Shown piece by piece: positions 52,341 through 64,000 of a DNA stretch of 64,000 nucleotides (positions are counted from its first letter, which is position 1; each line of letters begins with the position of its first letter). The notes beneath the pieces are model-generated. The model ran no database searches. It had not been told where the DNA came from and worked only from the letters and a program-made list of their open reading frames with translations. This DNA comes from Rhina ancylostomus. Lineage: Eukaryota. The stretch is from positions 19,200,531 to 19,264,530 of the forward strand of contig JARFYF010000064.1 of assembly GCA_030265395.1 (NCBI GenBank). Direction: 5' to 3'. The translations under genes were made by a program, and so were the position numbers.

Positions 52341-53899
52341 AGTAAGGTTATTCAAATATTTCAAATTGATTTGAATCATTAAACAAATTTCTTTTAAAAA
52401 GGTACTAGAAATTAAAACCAAAGTAAAACTGAAATTAAAGAAAAATAATTGTGTGCACTTACCTTTTCTTTAAACATAGGATGTTTAAAGAACATGTTTT
52501 CTTTTAACATAGCAATTTTAATATATGCCAGGCATATCTGGCATAAAGCCAAGCAGCCAGACGTACTTCACATCTGGCCAGCTTCTTCAGTGTAAAATAA
52601 GAAGTCAAATGCACTGGCATCAGAGCTCTACTTCGCTTCCGACTTCCAGGACAGCCAGCTAAAAGCACTCCAAACTTGCATATGATGATTCTGCTATTTT
52701 CATTCACAAGGCCTCCTGACCAATATTTTGTTTCTGTACTTGTCAAAATACCTCTTTGCCTTGCACCATCATCCCTTTCTGTTTAACCTCAGACTTTTGG
52801 CCTATCAAAGACCTTTGGTTTCCATTTTGTTCTCTGCTCCCCTTCCCATCTTTCTCTGAATCTTAAAAACTTAAAGGTCTGTGTTCCCAATTGAATAATA
52901 TCAGCTTCAGAACAATTCTTAAGAATTGTTCTAAATTACTACCTACAGATGACTACAACTTAAAACAGAACTTCATAAAACAGCTTTCCTATCTGTGCTT
53001 CTCTAGAGTACACCAAAGGTATACTTGCCGTCTGTGAAATAGCATTAATTTTGCAGCCAACAATGTATGATCTGGCAAAACAAATTACAAAAAGCAATCA
53101 AAGTTCAAATTAAAATGGGTGAGAGCATGNNNNNNNNNNGAGCATGCTTGCAAGCCTGCATATCTGGGATATCATGTGAATTTCTTTTTCTCGGCACATT
53201 CAGATTGCTAATTAACCTTTCCAGCTGCAATGTTAATGGACTGTTGCTGTTAGATTGACTAAGTGTGCTCTGTGATAAGTATCCACCTCAATCCCCTTTT
53301 AGTTGAATTTGTTGGCATAAACATTATTTTATTCCATGCATGTGTCCGAGGTTTCAAATTGACAAGAATGCCTGGTAGTTTAGTAGTGTTGGTACCATGA
53401 TATACTATCACATCTGTGGTTGCTTAGACTTTAAACAAAACTACTTGACAAATGTTTAGACAAAGCATATCCAAGGTTTAGAAAGCTGAAATCAGACATT
53501 TCATGTCCCTTGAAGAATATAAAGTAGCAGGAAATAACTTATGAAATTAGTAGGGTTAAAAAATAAGCCATGAAAGCTCNNNNNNNNNNNNNNNNNNNNN
53601 NNNNNNNNNNNNNNNNNNNNNNNNNNNNNNNNNNNNNNNNNNNNNNNNNNNNNNNNNNNNNNNNNNNNNNNNNNNNNNNTATAAAGTAGCAGGAAATAAC
53701 TTAAGAAATTAGGAGGGTTAAAAAAAAAGCCATGAAATCTCCTCGGCAAGTAGAATTAAGGAGAATCCCAAAGCATCGTATAAAGAGCAGGAGGGTATCT
53801 AGAAAATGATTCATTCTGACTAAACTACAAAGACCACTACAAATAAAACGATAATTACTACGTTTATTTGGATCTCTGGATATCTTTAAATACAACCAT

Positions 53900-54210
53900 A
53901 CGAATTGGGACTTTTTTCCCCTCAACCCAGATTTGAAACTCAACTCTATACTCCTGCCAGCCCGTAGTACCCTTCCCCCCCTTGATAGTCAAAGATCTAT
54001 TTACCTTGGCCTTAAAAATATTTAAAGGCTCTGCCCCCACTGCTCCTTAAGAGTTTCAAAGGCACAAATCCTTTGGGGAGGGGGATAAAAAATTCCTGAC
54101 TTCAATGAGTGACCCTAAATTTTTAAAATAATGATGGTCCTAGTTCTAGATTCTCGTACAAAAAGAAACATCCTGTAAAAATCCCACGACCTCACATTTC
54201 TTTATGAGAT
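53900..54210 (-). mobile_element. Old CR1 3' tail
   Basis: tcccctcaaccc...aaagatctatttaccttggccttaaaaatattt...ggtcctagttctagattctc resembles the tail at 38350-38600. Confidence 0.55.
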
Positions 54211-54279
54211 CAAACTACAGAGCTAAGCCATATTTTTGTTTTTGCACCTTAAAGATTTTTGTTTAAAGTGAAGATTTTT

Positions 54280-54465
54280 CATTGGTATCAGTCTATTATT
54301 ATCATGTGTACTGATAATAAAACTTTTGTTTACATACCATCCAGGCCGATCAGTTCACACAAGTGGACATCAAGGTAGTCAAAAAAAATGGTACAGAGAA
54401 AGTGCAGTGTAGGTAAACAAAGTGCAAGGGCCCCGATGAGGCAGATTGGGAAATCAAGAGTTCAG
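54280..54465 (-). mobile_element. Rex1/Babar-type 3' UTR fragment
   Basis: ttattatcatgtgtac...tacagagaaagtgcagtgtagg...gtgcaaggg...gattgggaaatcaag is the reverse complement of the Rex tail. Confidence 0.6.
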
Positions 54466-55929
54466 AGTTAAAGAATTTTGAACACAAAATATACTCCCTT
54501 AGCGAGCATCTAGCTCCAACATATTTGACATAAAGAGTACTGTAGCAATTTTAGTTGGTGGGAATCAGATTCAATGTCTATTTTTGTAATTTAATGGTGG
54601 AAACAATTGCTGGAAATTCTGCAAATTCAATACTTGGGGAAAATTAGAAAAATCTTTAGCACCAGGGGCTGCATTACCCTAGATTAGATGTCATAGACCT
54701 GAATTGACTTCTCTGCTTTCTCACCCACCACTGTTGCTGCACAACCTGCTGAGTATCCTAGCATTTTCAGAGATAAATAATTCTCATTCAAATAGGACAA
54801 TTCACTCATGGGTAGCTCAACTGATATTGAGAGCAATGCAAAAATAAAAGCACAAAGCACTTTGTTGTGTCTCAGAGAGAACTATAATTCTCAAGACCGT
54901 CACTAGGCTCAAATGTAGCATGGTCTGTAAAAAGCTGGTGCCCTGTGCTCACACTCAAAGTGAAAAGGTTATGGCCAAATTTTCCAGAGACATGATTTAG
55001 TAAGGTTTTCCTTGTAACAACAAATAGCACCATTTCAATATAGTTTTGAGTTTATATATGTGCAAGCCACAATTCTTTTTCCTCTCCAAATGAAGTTGGA
55101 GGAAGCATCTTCTTAGCTAGTTGAAAAATACAATACAAAAATCACTTCTGATTTTAGTGTTAGATTGAAAAAGGATTTCCAGCTACTGAAATCATTATTT
55201 CTGATTGCACAAGCCTTCAGGCAGACAGTAACTTAAAATATCAAAAGAAAATCTTTTCTCCAAGCCAGTGCAGATTAATAGAAAAGATACTGGGTCTTGT
55301 CACAGTTCATCACTGAGACTAAACACAACAGAAGTTAGCTATAGCAGAGAGAAAAAAAATAGACTGCAGGCAATAATATGAAGCACCATTAAAGTCAGGT
55401 ATTATTACCCATTTTAGATAGGTTTTGTTTGTTGGGGGGGGGGGGAAATGGGTGGCTTCCATGTTCTCAATTTTGAGTGTATGAAAGCTGGCAGAAAAAT
55501 TGTTGAAAATTTAAAATGAGCTTACAGCTTTCCCCCCCCCCCCCACATTATTATGTAATAATAATTAGTTAATGATAGTAATAATGCTGACAACAATAAT
55601 GAATCGCAACATAGAAGTTTGAGAACATAATAATCTGAAATCCAATGTTTACTGGAGGCAACATCAAAAACACGTATTTGGCTGAGGCAGCCTACGCTAA
55701 TTAGTATGATAACTTTATAGCCAGTGAATTGCTGCCCTTGCTTAACTGAGAAAGGGCAGCAAATGCTATATTGTGAAGGGTGCTTACATTATCTCAGTTA
55801 ATGCAACTCTGAAAAAAAATCCAAGCTTACTCTTTACATTTCATGGTGCAAAGCAACTTTAGAATATTTGCACATTACATACAGTACCAGTGAAAACCAC
55901 ATTCATTACAAAAGAAGTGGAAATTAAAA

Positions 55930-57510
55930 TGAGGGGCAAAGACTAAGTGAAAATAGTTGCCGATATAAATAGTCCAAAAGTGTGCTATAAGAATTGAATT
56001 AATAAAAGGATAGCACATGGATGAATGAAGGTCCCTAAATGAGTACTTTGCATCTGTCTTCATCCAGAAAAAGAGAGCTTCTAAAGTAACAGAGAGTTGA
56101 GACACTGGATAAGTTAATAAGTGAGCACAGAGGCACAAGAAAAGCTGGCCGATGCAAGTCAACAGGATAGGATGGAATGCATGCTTGGACTTTGAGGGAA
56201 GTAAGAGAGGAAATCATGGAGCACAGACCAAAATATTCCAGTGTTATTTGGATATGGTGTTATCTCCTTGTTCAAAAAAGCCCAGCAACTACAATGTAAC
56301 CTTGATGGTGGGAAAGTATTTAGAAGCATTGATCTGGTTTAAGGCAAGACATTACAGATTTATTGAGCACAAATTGAATTTATTCAATGAGGAATTTTTT
56401 TGACAAGGTAATAAAGTTGAAGACATTAATACAATTGATGTGGTGTATCTGGACTTCTAGAAGGCTTTTGATAAGCTGCCACATAACAGGGTTATCAGCA
56501 AATCTGAAGTGCCTGGCATAAAAGGGAGCCTGGTAGCATAAGACTGGGCAAGTAACAAATTATAAAGGATCATGGTTTTTGGACTCTGGGAAGGTGGAGA
56601 GCTGTTCCCCAGGAATCAGTGCTAGGGCCATTGCCTTTAGTTTGATCTACATTAAATAATTTGGGAGTGCAAGCCACAATTTCAAAATTTGCTGCCAACA
56701 CAAAACTTGGCAGTATTGTGATCTGTGAAGTAGACAGTGATAGGATGAAGCAAGATATAAACTGATTGGTATAACAAGCAGATATAGTTTAATGCAGAGA
56801 AATGCAAGGTGATGTATTTTGCTAGGAAAAATAACAACAGGTAATATAGAAGAAAGGATGCAGTTTTAAAAGGGTGGAAGAGGCAAAAGGAACGTGGAGC
56901 TCTGGATACACAAGTCATTGAAAGTGGCAGGCCTTATGAATGAGGCATACACAATTCTGGGCTTTAACAGTATGGAGTATAAAAGCAAGGAAGTTATAAA
57001 GCTTCCTTTTTAACTTTATAAAACACTGGTTTGGCTTCAACTGGAGCACTGTGTTCAATTCTGGTCCACATATTGTAGGCGAGATCTGTTAGTATTAAAG
57101 GTGGTCCAGTAAAGATTGACAAGACTGGTTCCTGAGCTGACGGGTTTATAGTTACAAGGGAGGGACTGCTTTCTTTGACTAAGAGGGTGAGGGAAGATTT
57201 AATAGGATAAAAATAACAAGGGAGTCTGGACAGAGTGGGTAATTGGAGGCCATTCCCATTATGGAGTAGAGGTCACAAGTAAAAGGGGGAGTTATGGGCA
57301 ATATGAAGATTTTTTTAAAAAAAGGAACACAGTGCGTGGTGGAGGCAAGTTCCACTGTGGCCTTCAAAAGGCGATTTGATAAATATCTGGTGGAGAAAAA
57401 TTTCCAAGGCCAGAGAGAAAGAACTGGTGGGTGGAACTAGATTGTTGCTTTGGTAGAGAAGTGGCATATTCACAATGGGCCGACTGGTTCCTTCTGCCCC
57501 ATCGTTCTAT
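55930..57510 (+). mobile_element. Old CR1 LINE ORF2 remnant
   Basis: DVVYLDF*KAFDKLPHNR at about 56437, SKFAANTKLG at about 56682 and LYKTLVWLQLEHCVQFWS at about 57015. Confidence 0.88.
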
Positions 57511-60500
57511 AATGATAGATGCTATAATGTAACATACACTGTCACCATGAGAGTGATCTCTATCCTTCATTGGACTTTATTTCTGGCAAGAAACCAATGA
57601 GATATTTTGGTCACTTATCTCCAACTAGAAAGCAAACTTATTTTTTTTTATTGATTCACCATCCAAAAGAGAAATGAAAAATATGAATGGAAATTGGCAA
57701 TAAATTGATTTTAATAATCCTAATAATGAGCTATATGCTCTTTAACTATTGAAAGGACAGATACTACATCAGAATAATTTTCCAGTAATGATTCTCGGTT
57801 ACCTTTCATTAAATTAGATAAGTATTTGGTTTTCCATTCATTTGCTATTTTGTTTAATTGTAGTGGACAGTTCCATGTGAACACAAGTTTGCTCTTATGC
57901 ACAATAGCTTTTATTATTTCTGATTTCCCCTTCGTCAGCTCTCACTGGCACTATTTTCCACCTTCCCTCTTTTAGCTCATATAAACATTATTCTTTCCCA
58001 ATCCTTCTTTTACCCCTATCTGTTGTTCCATAGGAAGTGAAACTTTACTGCATGCTGCCGGCAATAGATCAGGAAATTCTGTACACAACTCGAGCAGATG
58101 TTGGATTCTTGGAGAGTGACATCAAATAGTGGAAGGGAAAATATGGGGAGATCCACTGGACTTTAATCCACTGACTTTAATCCACAAATGCAGACAGCAA
58201 GTCTGAAACACAGGCAGCTGCAATGTGCAAACAAGGGGATGTTAATGATTCTGTGGTTGTGTACCACTGTATTAACATATGGTATCATTGATTAGGAATT
58301 ACAGAAATTTACAAAGTCTAAAACTGCCATTAATGGAACGCATTTTGTAGAAGGGAAGGATGTCATATTATTTAAGGAACAACTAAATTTGAAGATAGTC
58401 TTGTATTCTAGTTCACCTTAATGAGGTGTCAACCACTGATTAAACATAGCCATTTCCGTGCAAATTAAATGGAACATAAGATATCAAAATTGTGCAGGAT
58501 TTTAAGCTATTGTTACTCAAAATGATTTTAGAAAGACTGAGCATTCCTGCCTTTCAGTTGCTATGAATGCAATCAATGCACCTGGTGAAATGCAAAAAAA
58601 AAGCTGGAATTGTGTACAAACATTTAAAATGCAATTGGATTTTATCAAAACAGAAATGAATATTACGCTTTCTCCCATAAAAATTTAACTGAGAGCTAAC
58701 TAATTTCAATTTACATGAATTACTTTCCCGGGAAACTGCATTCAGATGCAGTAAAATAGTGGTCATTTCCATATTATCAATGTACTAAGAGAGAAGGTTA
58801 TCCTGAATCTAGTTTCCATGGCTAATTAGCCTTGCATTAAAAATTACATTAAACTTACCCAATAAATTAAATAGCCATATATTTAATTAAATTTTAACAG
58901 TAATCTTGTAAATCCATTAATATTGCTCTTCTAACAATTTGAAAATTAAGGCAGCTTTTGAACTCATTTCATACAACAAATATTTGATACAAATCTTAAA
59001 GTACTTGATGATATCTCAAAATCCCTTCTGGCAAAAGTGGTGGTTTAAACCACATCCCCCTACAATGATTAAGGACAGTGGGAAAAACTACATTCCATAG
59101 TAATAACCAGATAAAAGTCAAACTTAAATTTAATGTAATGTGACAACATTTAAAATAGTAAAATATCAATAAATTAGAGAAAGTGGTAAATATTGAGAAA
59201 AGACTTCACCTCCATTCTCCATCCATCAACGTTAAGCAAATTCACATGCACAGAAAATGTTTGACTTGTGCCCCATATATTTTCATTATGACAGGCTCGT
59301 GCTTAATAAGTTTAGATGATGGTATGATTGCACCTTTGGTCATATGAAAAATTCTTGCTCAGAATTATCATTATTTTTGTTTAAAAAAAGTTACTGGAGT
59401 AAACAGAAAAAAAATTGGCAAGTAGTATTAAAGAAATACACTTCTATAATTACAACTTTAAAAAATTAACATTAATAAAAACAGCTCATATTTCCATTTG
59501 CCTTCCCTCTTCTGGCCTCTTGAAAGATTTATATACTTGCATTAAAAAAATGAAAGGCATGCGGCAGCAATCGCAAATAGATCAGCTTTTAAAAATAGAA
59601 ATTTACTAATGGGTACGTCATGCTCTTGCACTACATAGTCCTGATTATTTTATTTACAAGTACACTAAAACTTCTAGATTTCCAACTCTTCTGCAGCATG
59701 TAAGAATGCATGCTACAGTTTGTAGTCAGGACATTTATGAAGCTGTACACCTGTAATGACAATATTGCTTTTCCCCGACATGGATTATGACAAGGATTAT
59801 ACTTTCAATTCTACATGTGGTTTACAAACTGTAAAGTATATGGGAAATATGAAGTCCTTGAGTGCAGGGTAGCAGGGAGAGTAGATCTATGTGTTTTGAT
59901 CACAATATAGAACAAATTAATGGTCAATTAAAGAGAAGATTCAATTAAAAGGGGAATGGAAGAGAGAAACATGTCGAGAAGATTAGATGAAGAGCAGTGG
60001 GAGGAGGCTCAAGTGGAGCATAAACAGCAGTACACAACAGCTGGGCAAATAAACAGCTCAGTGCTATAACTTCCATTTCAACCTCTGCTGGGATTCACTG
60101 GTTATTTACGGTTCAGTTTTCACTAGTGAAACGTTGACACACAAAACTTGCTGAGTATTTCCAGCATTTTATCATTTTCCATAATTCCTTATTTTCAACA
60201 ATAGCATGATTTTTATTTTCGACAATTACTTTGACCCAATAAGTGATCCAAGGGGGAAAAAAAAATCTCCGTCTAATGGAGACAGTTGAGGTTTAACTAA
60301 CTAAATTATATACAAAAGGATTATCTGGAACTTTCATTATAAAATTTCAGGTTTATTTTCCTGACAAATGCAACTGTGCACACACAACATGCAGTAAAAT
60401 ACTTTTCAAGCTTACATAGATTTGAGAATTGTACATCTATAATCCAATTACTTACTCAGCAGCTTGAAGGTGTTTCTCTTTAAAAAAAAATACACTCAAG

Positions 60501-61189
60501 AAATTAAATCATCATAAATTTATACTGGGAGAACTGTAAAATGATAATGTATCATCTGCCTTTAATGGGGATTTTGACAATTATAATAACAGGCAATGGA
60601 GATCAGTTTCTCGGGTTTGTGTACCTTCTGTTGTCTGACATCCTCTTGCATTGAATTGCTATACAAGTACAGCACAATCTTGATAAATGTTAAGTGAAGT
60701 GAAAATGAACTATTCATGGATTAGAAAGAGAATGGTAACTGGATTCCACTTTAAGTTCTACAGCAATAGAAGAGCAATACTGTGCTTTCTGAAATACAGA
60801 AACGACTGAAAGCATCGCTAAAAATTTAACTGCACTGCAATATTTAGTTATGTCAGAAGNNNNNNNNNNNNNNNNNNNNNNNNNNNNNNNNNNNNNNNNN
60901 NNNNNNNNNNNNNNNNNNNNNNNNNNNNNNNNNNNNNNNNNNNNNNNNNNNNNNNNNNNNNNNNNNNNNNNNNNNNNNNNNNNNNNNNNNNNNNNNNNNN
61001 NNNNNNNNNNNNNNNNNNNNNNNNNNNNNNNNNNNNNNNNNNNNNNNNNNNNNNNNNNNNNNNNNNNNNNNNNNNNNNNNNNNNNNNNNNNNNNNNNNNN
61101 NNNNNNNNNNNNNNNNNNNNNNNNNNNNNNNNNNNNNNNNNNNNNNNNNNNNNNNNNNNNNNNNNNNNNNNNNNNNNNNNNNNNNNNNN

Positions 61190-61460
61190 GAGAATTTGTG
61201 TTTCAATGAGATCCCTTCTCATTTTTCTAAACTACACTGTTCAACTTCTTTTCATAGCAGAATCACTCCAACTCAAGAATCAACCTGGTGAACCTTTACG
61301 GCACTTCCCCTATGGCACGCATATCCTTTCTCAAGGAGGAAGGCAAGACCTGCACACAATACCGCAGGTGCAGTCTCACCAAAGCCATAACTTCAGTAAG
61401 AAGTCTTTCCTCTTGCAAATCCTCCTGTAATGAAGGCCAAGTGCCTTCCTAATTGTTTGC
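61190..61460 (-). mobile_element. CR1 fragment adjacent to a gap
   Basis: Minus strand reads MRRDLIETQIL; tgcacacaataccgcaggtgcagtctcacc is the reverse complement of a VRLHLRYCVQ motif. Confidence 0.7.
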
Positions 61461-62687
61461 CTTTAGGAGAAAAATGCAACAGGAATTGACTACTGAAAAC
61501 AAAGTATATGGAATTCTCTATTCCTTCACAACTCAAAAATGAGCTATATAAAGATCTGCAACTGTAAAGTTCTTAGAAGTAAATGGTGTAATCCAGAATT
61601 CTGGAGGGTGTCCATCAGAGACGATACTTGTGCACAGCTTCTAGTAATTCTATCCTTTTAATTAAGCAGAACCCAAAACAACATGATCCAACCTACGTTA
61701 AAATAGCTTCTGAAATTCTAACCACCTCCTGCGATTCTAAGTCATGACAGCATTAGCATTTGAATTTAAAAAGCAAAACAACACTGGAAACAAAACAAAA
61801 CTCTGTACAGTAAATTGTTAATGTTTGTGGGGGAAGTATTCCAGAAACAGGCATAGATCCAAAAAAAAAGATATTCACATGATCCAAGTTCTTTTATACC
61901 AACATATTTGAATTATCCAATAATGTGAATTGACATAACACAGCCAGCAAGCTCTAAAAATTGATTATACATTCTGAATTGAGTAAACAGTACAGCACCT
62001 CATTAGCAGGTCCCTGACATACTGGTCTTTTATGTGTTCAGACAGAAGGGTCAATTGTAAAATCAGTGTTCTACTGTTTCCTTCACTGCACCAGAATACA
62101 TTCCTTGGCTGAGAGAGGAAGGAAGCAGCAGCCAAAAAATTTTGAACTCCTGCATTCAATAATATTATCAACGTCATTTCATCGTTCGGATTTAACACCA
62201 GTAATTCACTGCCTATAACTGCTGTCTTAAAAGACAAGCTAAAGTGTTGGTGGGATGAGGTGGGGGTGGTCCATAATCTCATTTGTTTCTTCACCTCCCC
62301 ATTAACTGAAGATCTTGAAGTGCAATACTAAAATTCATTGAATTTTCAGAGTTTGTGGAAGAGTACTTAAGAGCTTCTTTTCAGTAAGAACATTAAAAAC
62401 ACTAACATCCAAGTAATCTTGATGTTGTGATGATGAAGCATCAATTGAAATTACTGACCTATTTGTTAAAAGTAGAGAGCCCTGATTTGGGTTAACCAAT
62501 GTCATGCCAAAAGAAAAATTATTACAATCATTTTAAAACAAATTGGAAGAGGACTTGTCACATTCCCCTTAACACACACAGTCTACATTGGCATAATGCT
62601 GGTACTTAAGAAAAATGAGCAATGTGGGATTTCAAAACTGCATAGTACTGCTTCATATCCTTACAAACTCATCAGTAATCACCTTAC

Positions 62688-62762
62688 CTCAGTACAAAGG
62701 TAATTGAGGATAGTAAAGTCCCATTTTTTTGCATATCCTGCATTGTACTTCAGTATTGCATC
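62688..62762 (-). CDS. PARG: PARG internal coding exon (about exon 7), DAILKYNAGYAKKWDFTILNYLCTE
   Basis: Minus strand reads tttttcag|GATGCAATACTGAAG...ACTGAG|gtaagg; 75 nt, phase 0/0. Matches human PARG [25 protein letters not shown] as recalled. Confidence 0.95.
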
Positions 62763-63099
62763 CTGAAAAAAAATACAAGCAATAGTTCTTTAACTGGTTT
62801 CATTTCAAGAATACATTTACCAATTTGTTATTTGGTAAAATTAATATCAGCAAAATAACAGTAATGCAAAAAAATTTAGTGACAAATCTCCAGAAACAGT
62901 ATGTTTTTATTCAAAGGCTTAGAAGACAAAGAAGAGAACATTGCAAGCCTCTGACTATAACAATTCTCTGGCTTCAACAAACATTCCTTTAAATTAGAAA
63001 ACTGAGCATGTCACTCTGCCATTTAATCAATAGAATAAGAAAGCAGTGTACTGTAAACTGGTTATGTTAGAAACTTTTTGTTGCTAAGTATATGATTAA

Positions 63100-63700
63100 G
63101 TATAGAGTACCTAAACATCTTGAAAACCTGGAGTTGATCAGGAAGAGGCAGTATGGATTTTTAAAGGGTAGGAAGTAACTGAAGAACACAATTGTTTCTC
63201 CCCTAGCCCCTCTAAAAGGTAGTAATTATATTAGTTGATTAGATAATACTTATGGCTTTTATTTATATGGCATGGACTTTCGAGAGGTCATTTGATAAAA
63301 GTTCCCAACAAAATAACTGTGTTGACTTAAAGCTCAATTTAAGTCAACACAGATTGAAAGCAATTTGTTGATCGTCTAGTAANNNNNNNNNNGCGTGGAG
63401 GTAGTGAGCTGGACTTGACGAGAGAGATCCTGCAAGAGCTACAACTATTCATTTATAGGCATATTAGATGAGAAGATAGAAAACCAATGTATTCAGTCCA
63501 TGATACCTTATAGGCAATATGGATAGCAGCATTATTATTAAACAATACAGGCATATGAATTTCAACATAAACATATGAGAACATCCACATTGGACAAAAA
63601 GAAAAGTTTGAACAATGTTCTCTCTGAATGGTGGTGGGTTAGAAGTGGTCTAAAAGGAATTTAGGGTTCATGAATGTTCAAAATGCACTGGTGAAAACCA
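63100..63700 (+). mobile_element. Very old CR1-like remnant
   Basis: cagtatggatttttaaagggtagg (QYGFLKGR) and atggactttcgagaggtcatttgataaaagttccc (a decayed DF.KAFDKVP motif). Confidence 0.55.
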
Positions 63701-63719
63701 AAAGTAAAGCTTTTAAATT

Positions 63720-64000
63720 CATTTTTTGGGTTGTGGGCACCACTGGCAAGAACATGTCCTATTTTCCCTCAAGATAAGTCATCTTCTTGAATCACTGCAA
63801 TCCTTCTGAAGGTGCTCCCATAGTAGGGTAGGGGAATCCAGGAATGAGATCCGGAATTGTATGGGACATAAACCAAGTAGCCTGCTTTGCCTCGATACTG
63901 TAACACTTCAAGTATTGTTGGAGCTGCACTCACCCAAGCAGTGGAGAATTTTGCATTACACTCCCGAGTTACATTTTGTAACTTGAGTGAAGGTATTAGG
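63720..64000 (-). mobile_element. LINE 3' end, related to the 27290-28940 family
   Basis: cttcaagtattgttggagctgcactcacccaagcagtggaga is the reverse complement of the tctccact...cagctccaacaacact block of that family. Confidence 0.5.

Overview
AT-rich vertebrate DNA, most likely a cartilaginous fish (probably a ray or other batoid, judged from the V-SINE/HE1-type SINEs, CR1 LINEs and Penelope tails). The whole window lies inside one minus-strand gene, PARG (poly(ADP-ribose) glycohydrolase). Four internal coding exons are present: 62688-62762 (75 nt), 29247-29339 (93 nt), 16165-16322 (158 nt) and 4443-4638 (80 nt after removing a spurious 100-N gap and a 16-nt duplicated flank). They splice in frame with GT-AG sites into 135 aa resembling roughly human residues 555-690 (exons 7-10 as I recall the numbering). 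Three of the four exons are absent from the ORF track. The introns (about 33.3, 12.9 and 11.5 kb) are filled with decayed CR1, L2, Rex1/Babar and Penelope retroelements, V-SINEs, a DeuSINE-like relic and Tigger-like DNA elements, separated by TE-poor stretches with enhancer-like motif clusters. I found no convincing novel multi-gene system. The best leads are decayed minimal hammerhead ribozymes in Penelope tails, one SINE head carrying two different LINE-derived tails, inverted SINEs flanking PARG exons, TALE/Hox and RUNX motif clusters, and a possible in-frame cryptic exon. Repeat boundaries are by-eye estimates and family names come from recalled consensus sequences, not a database search.
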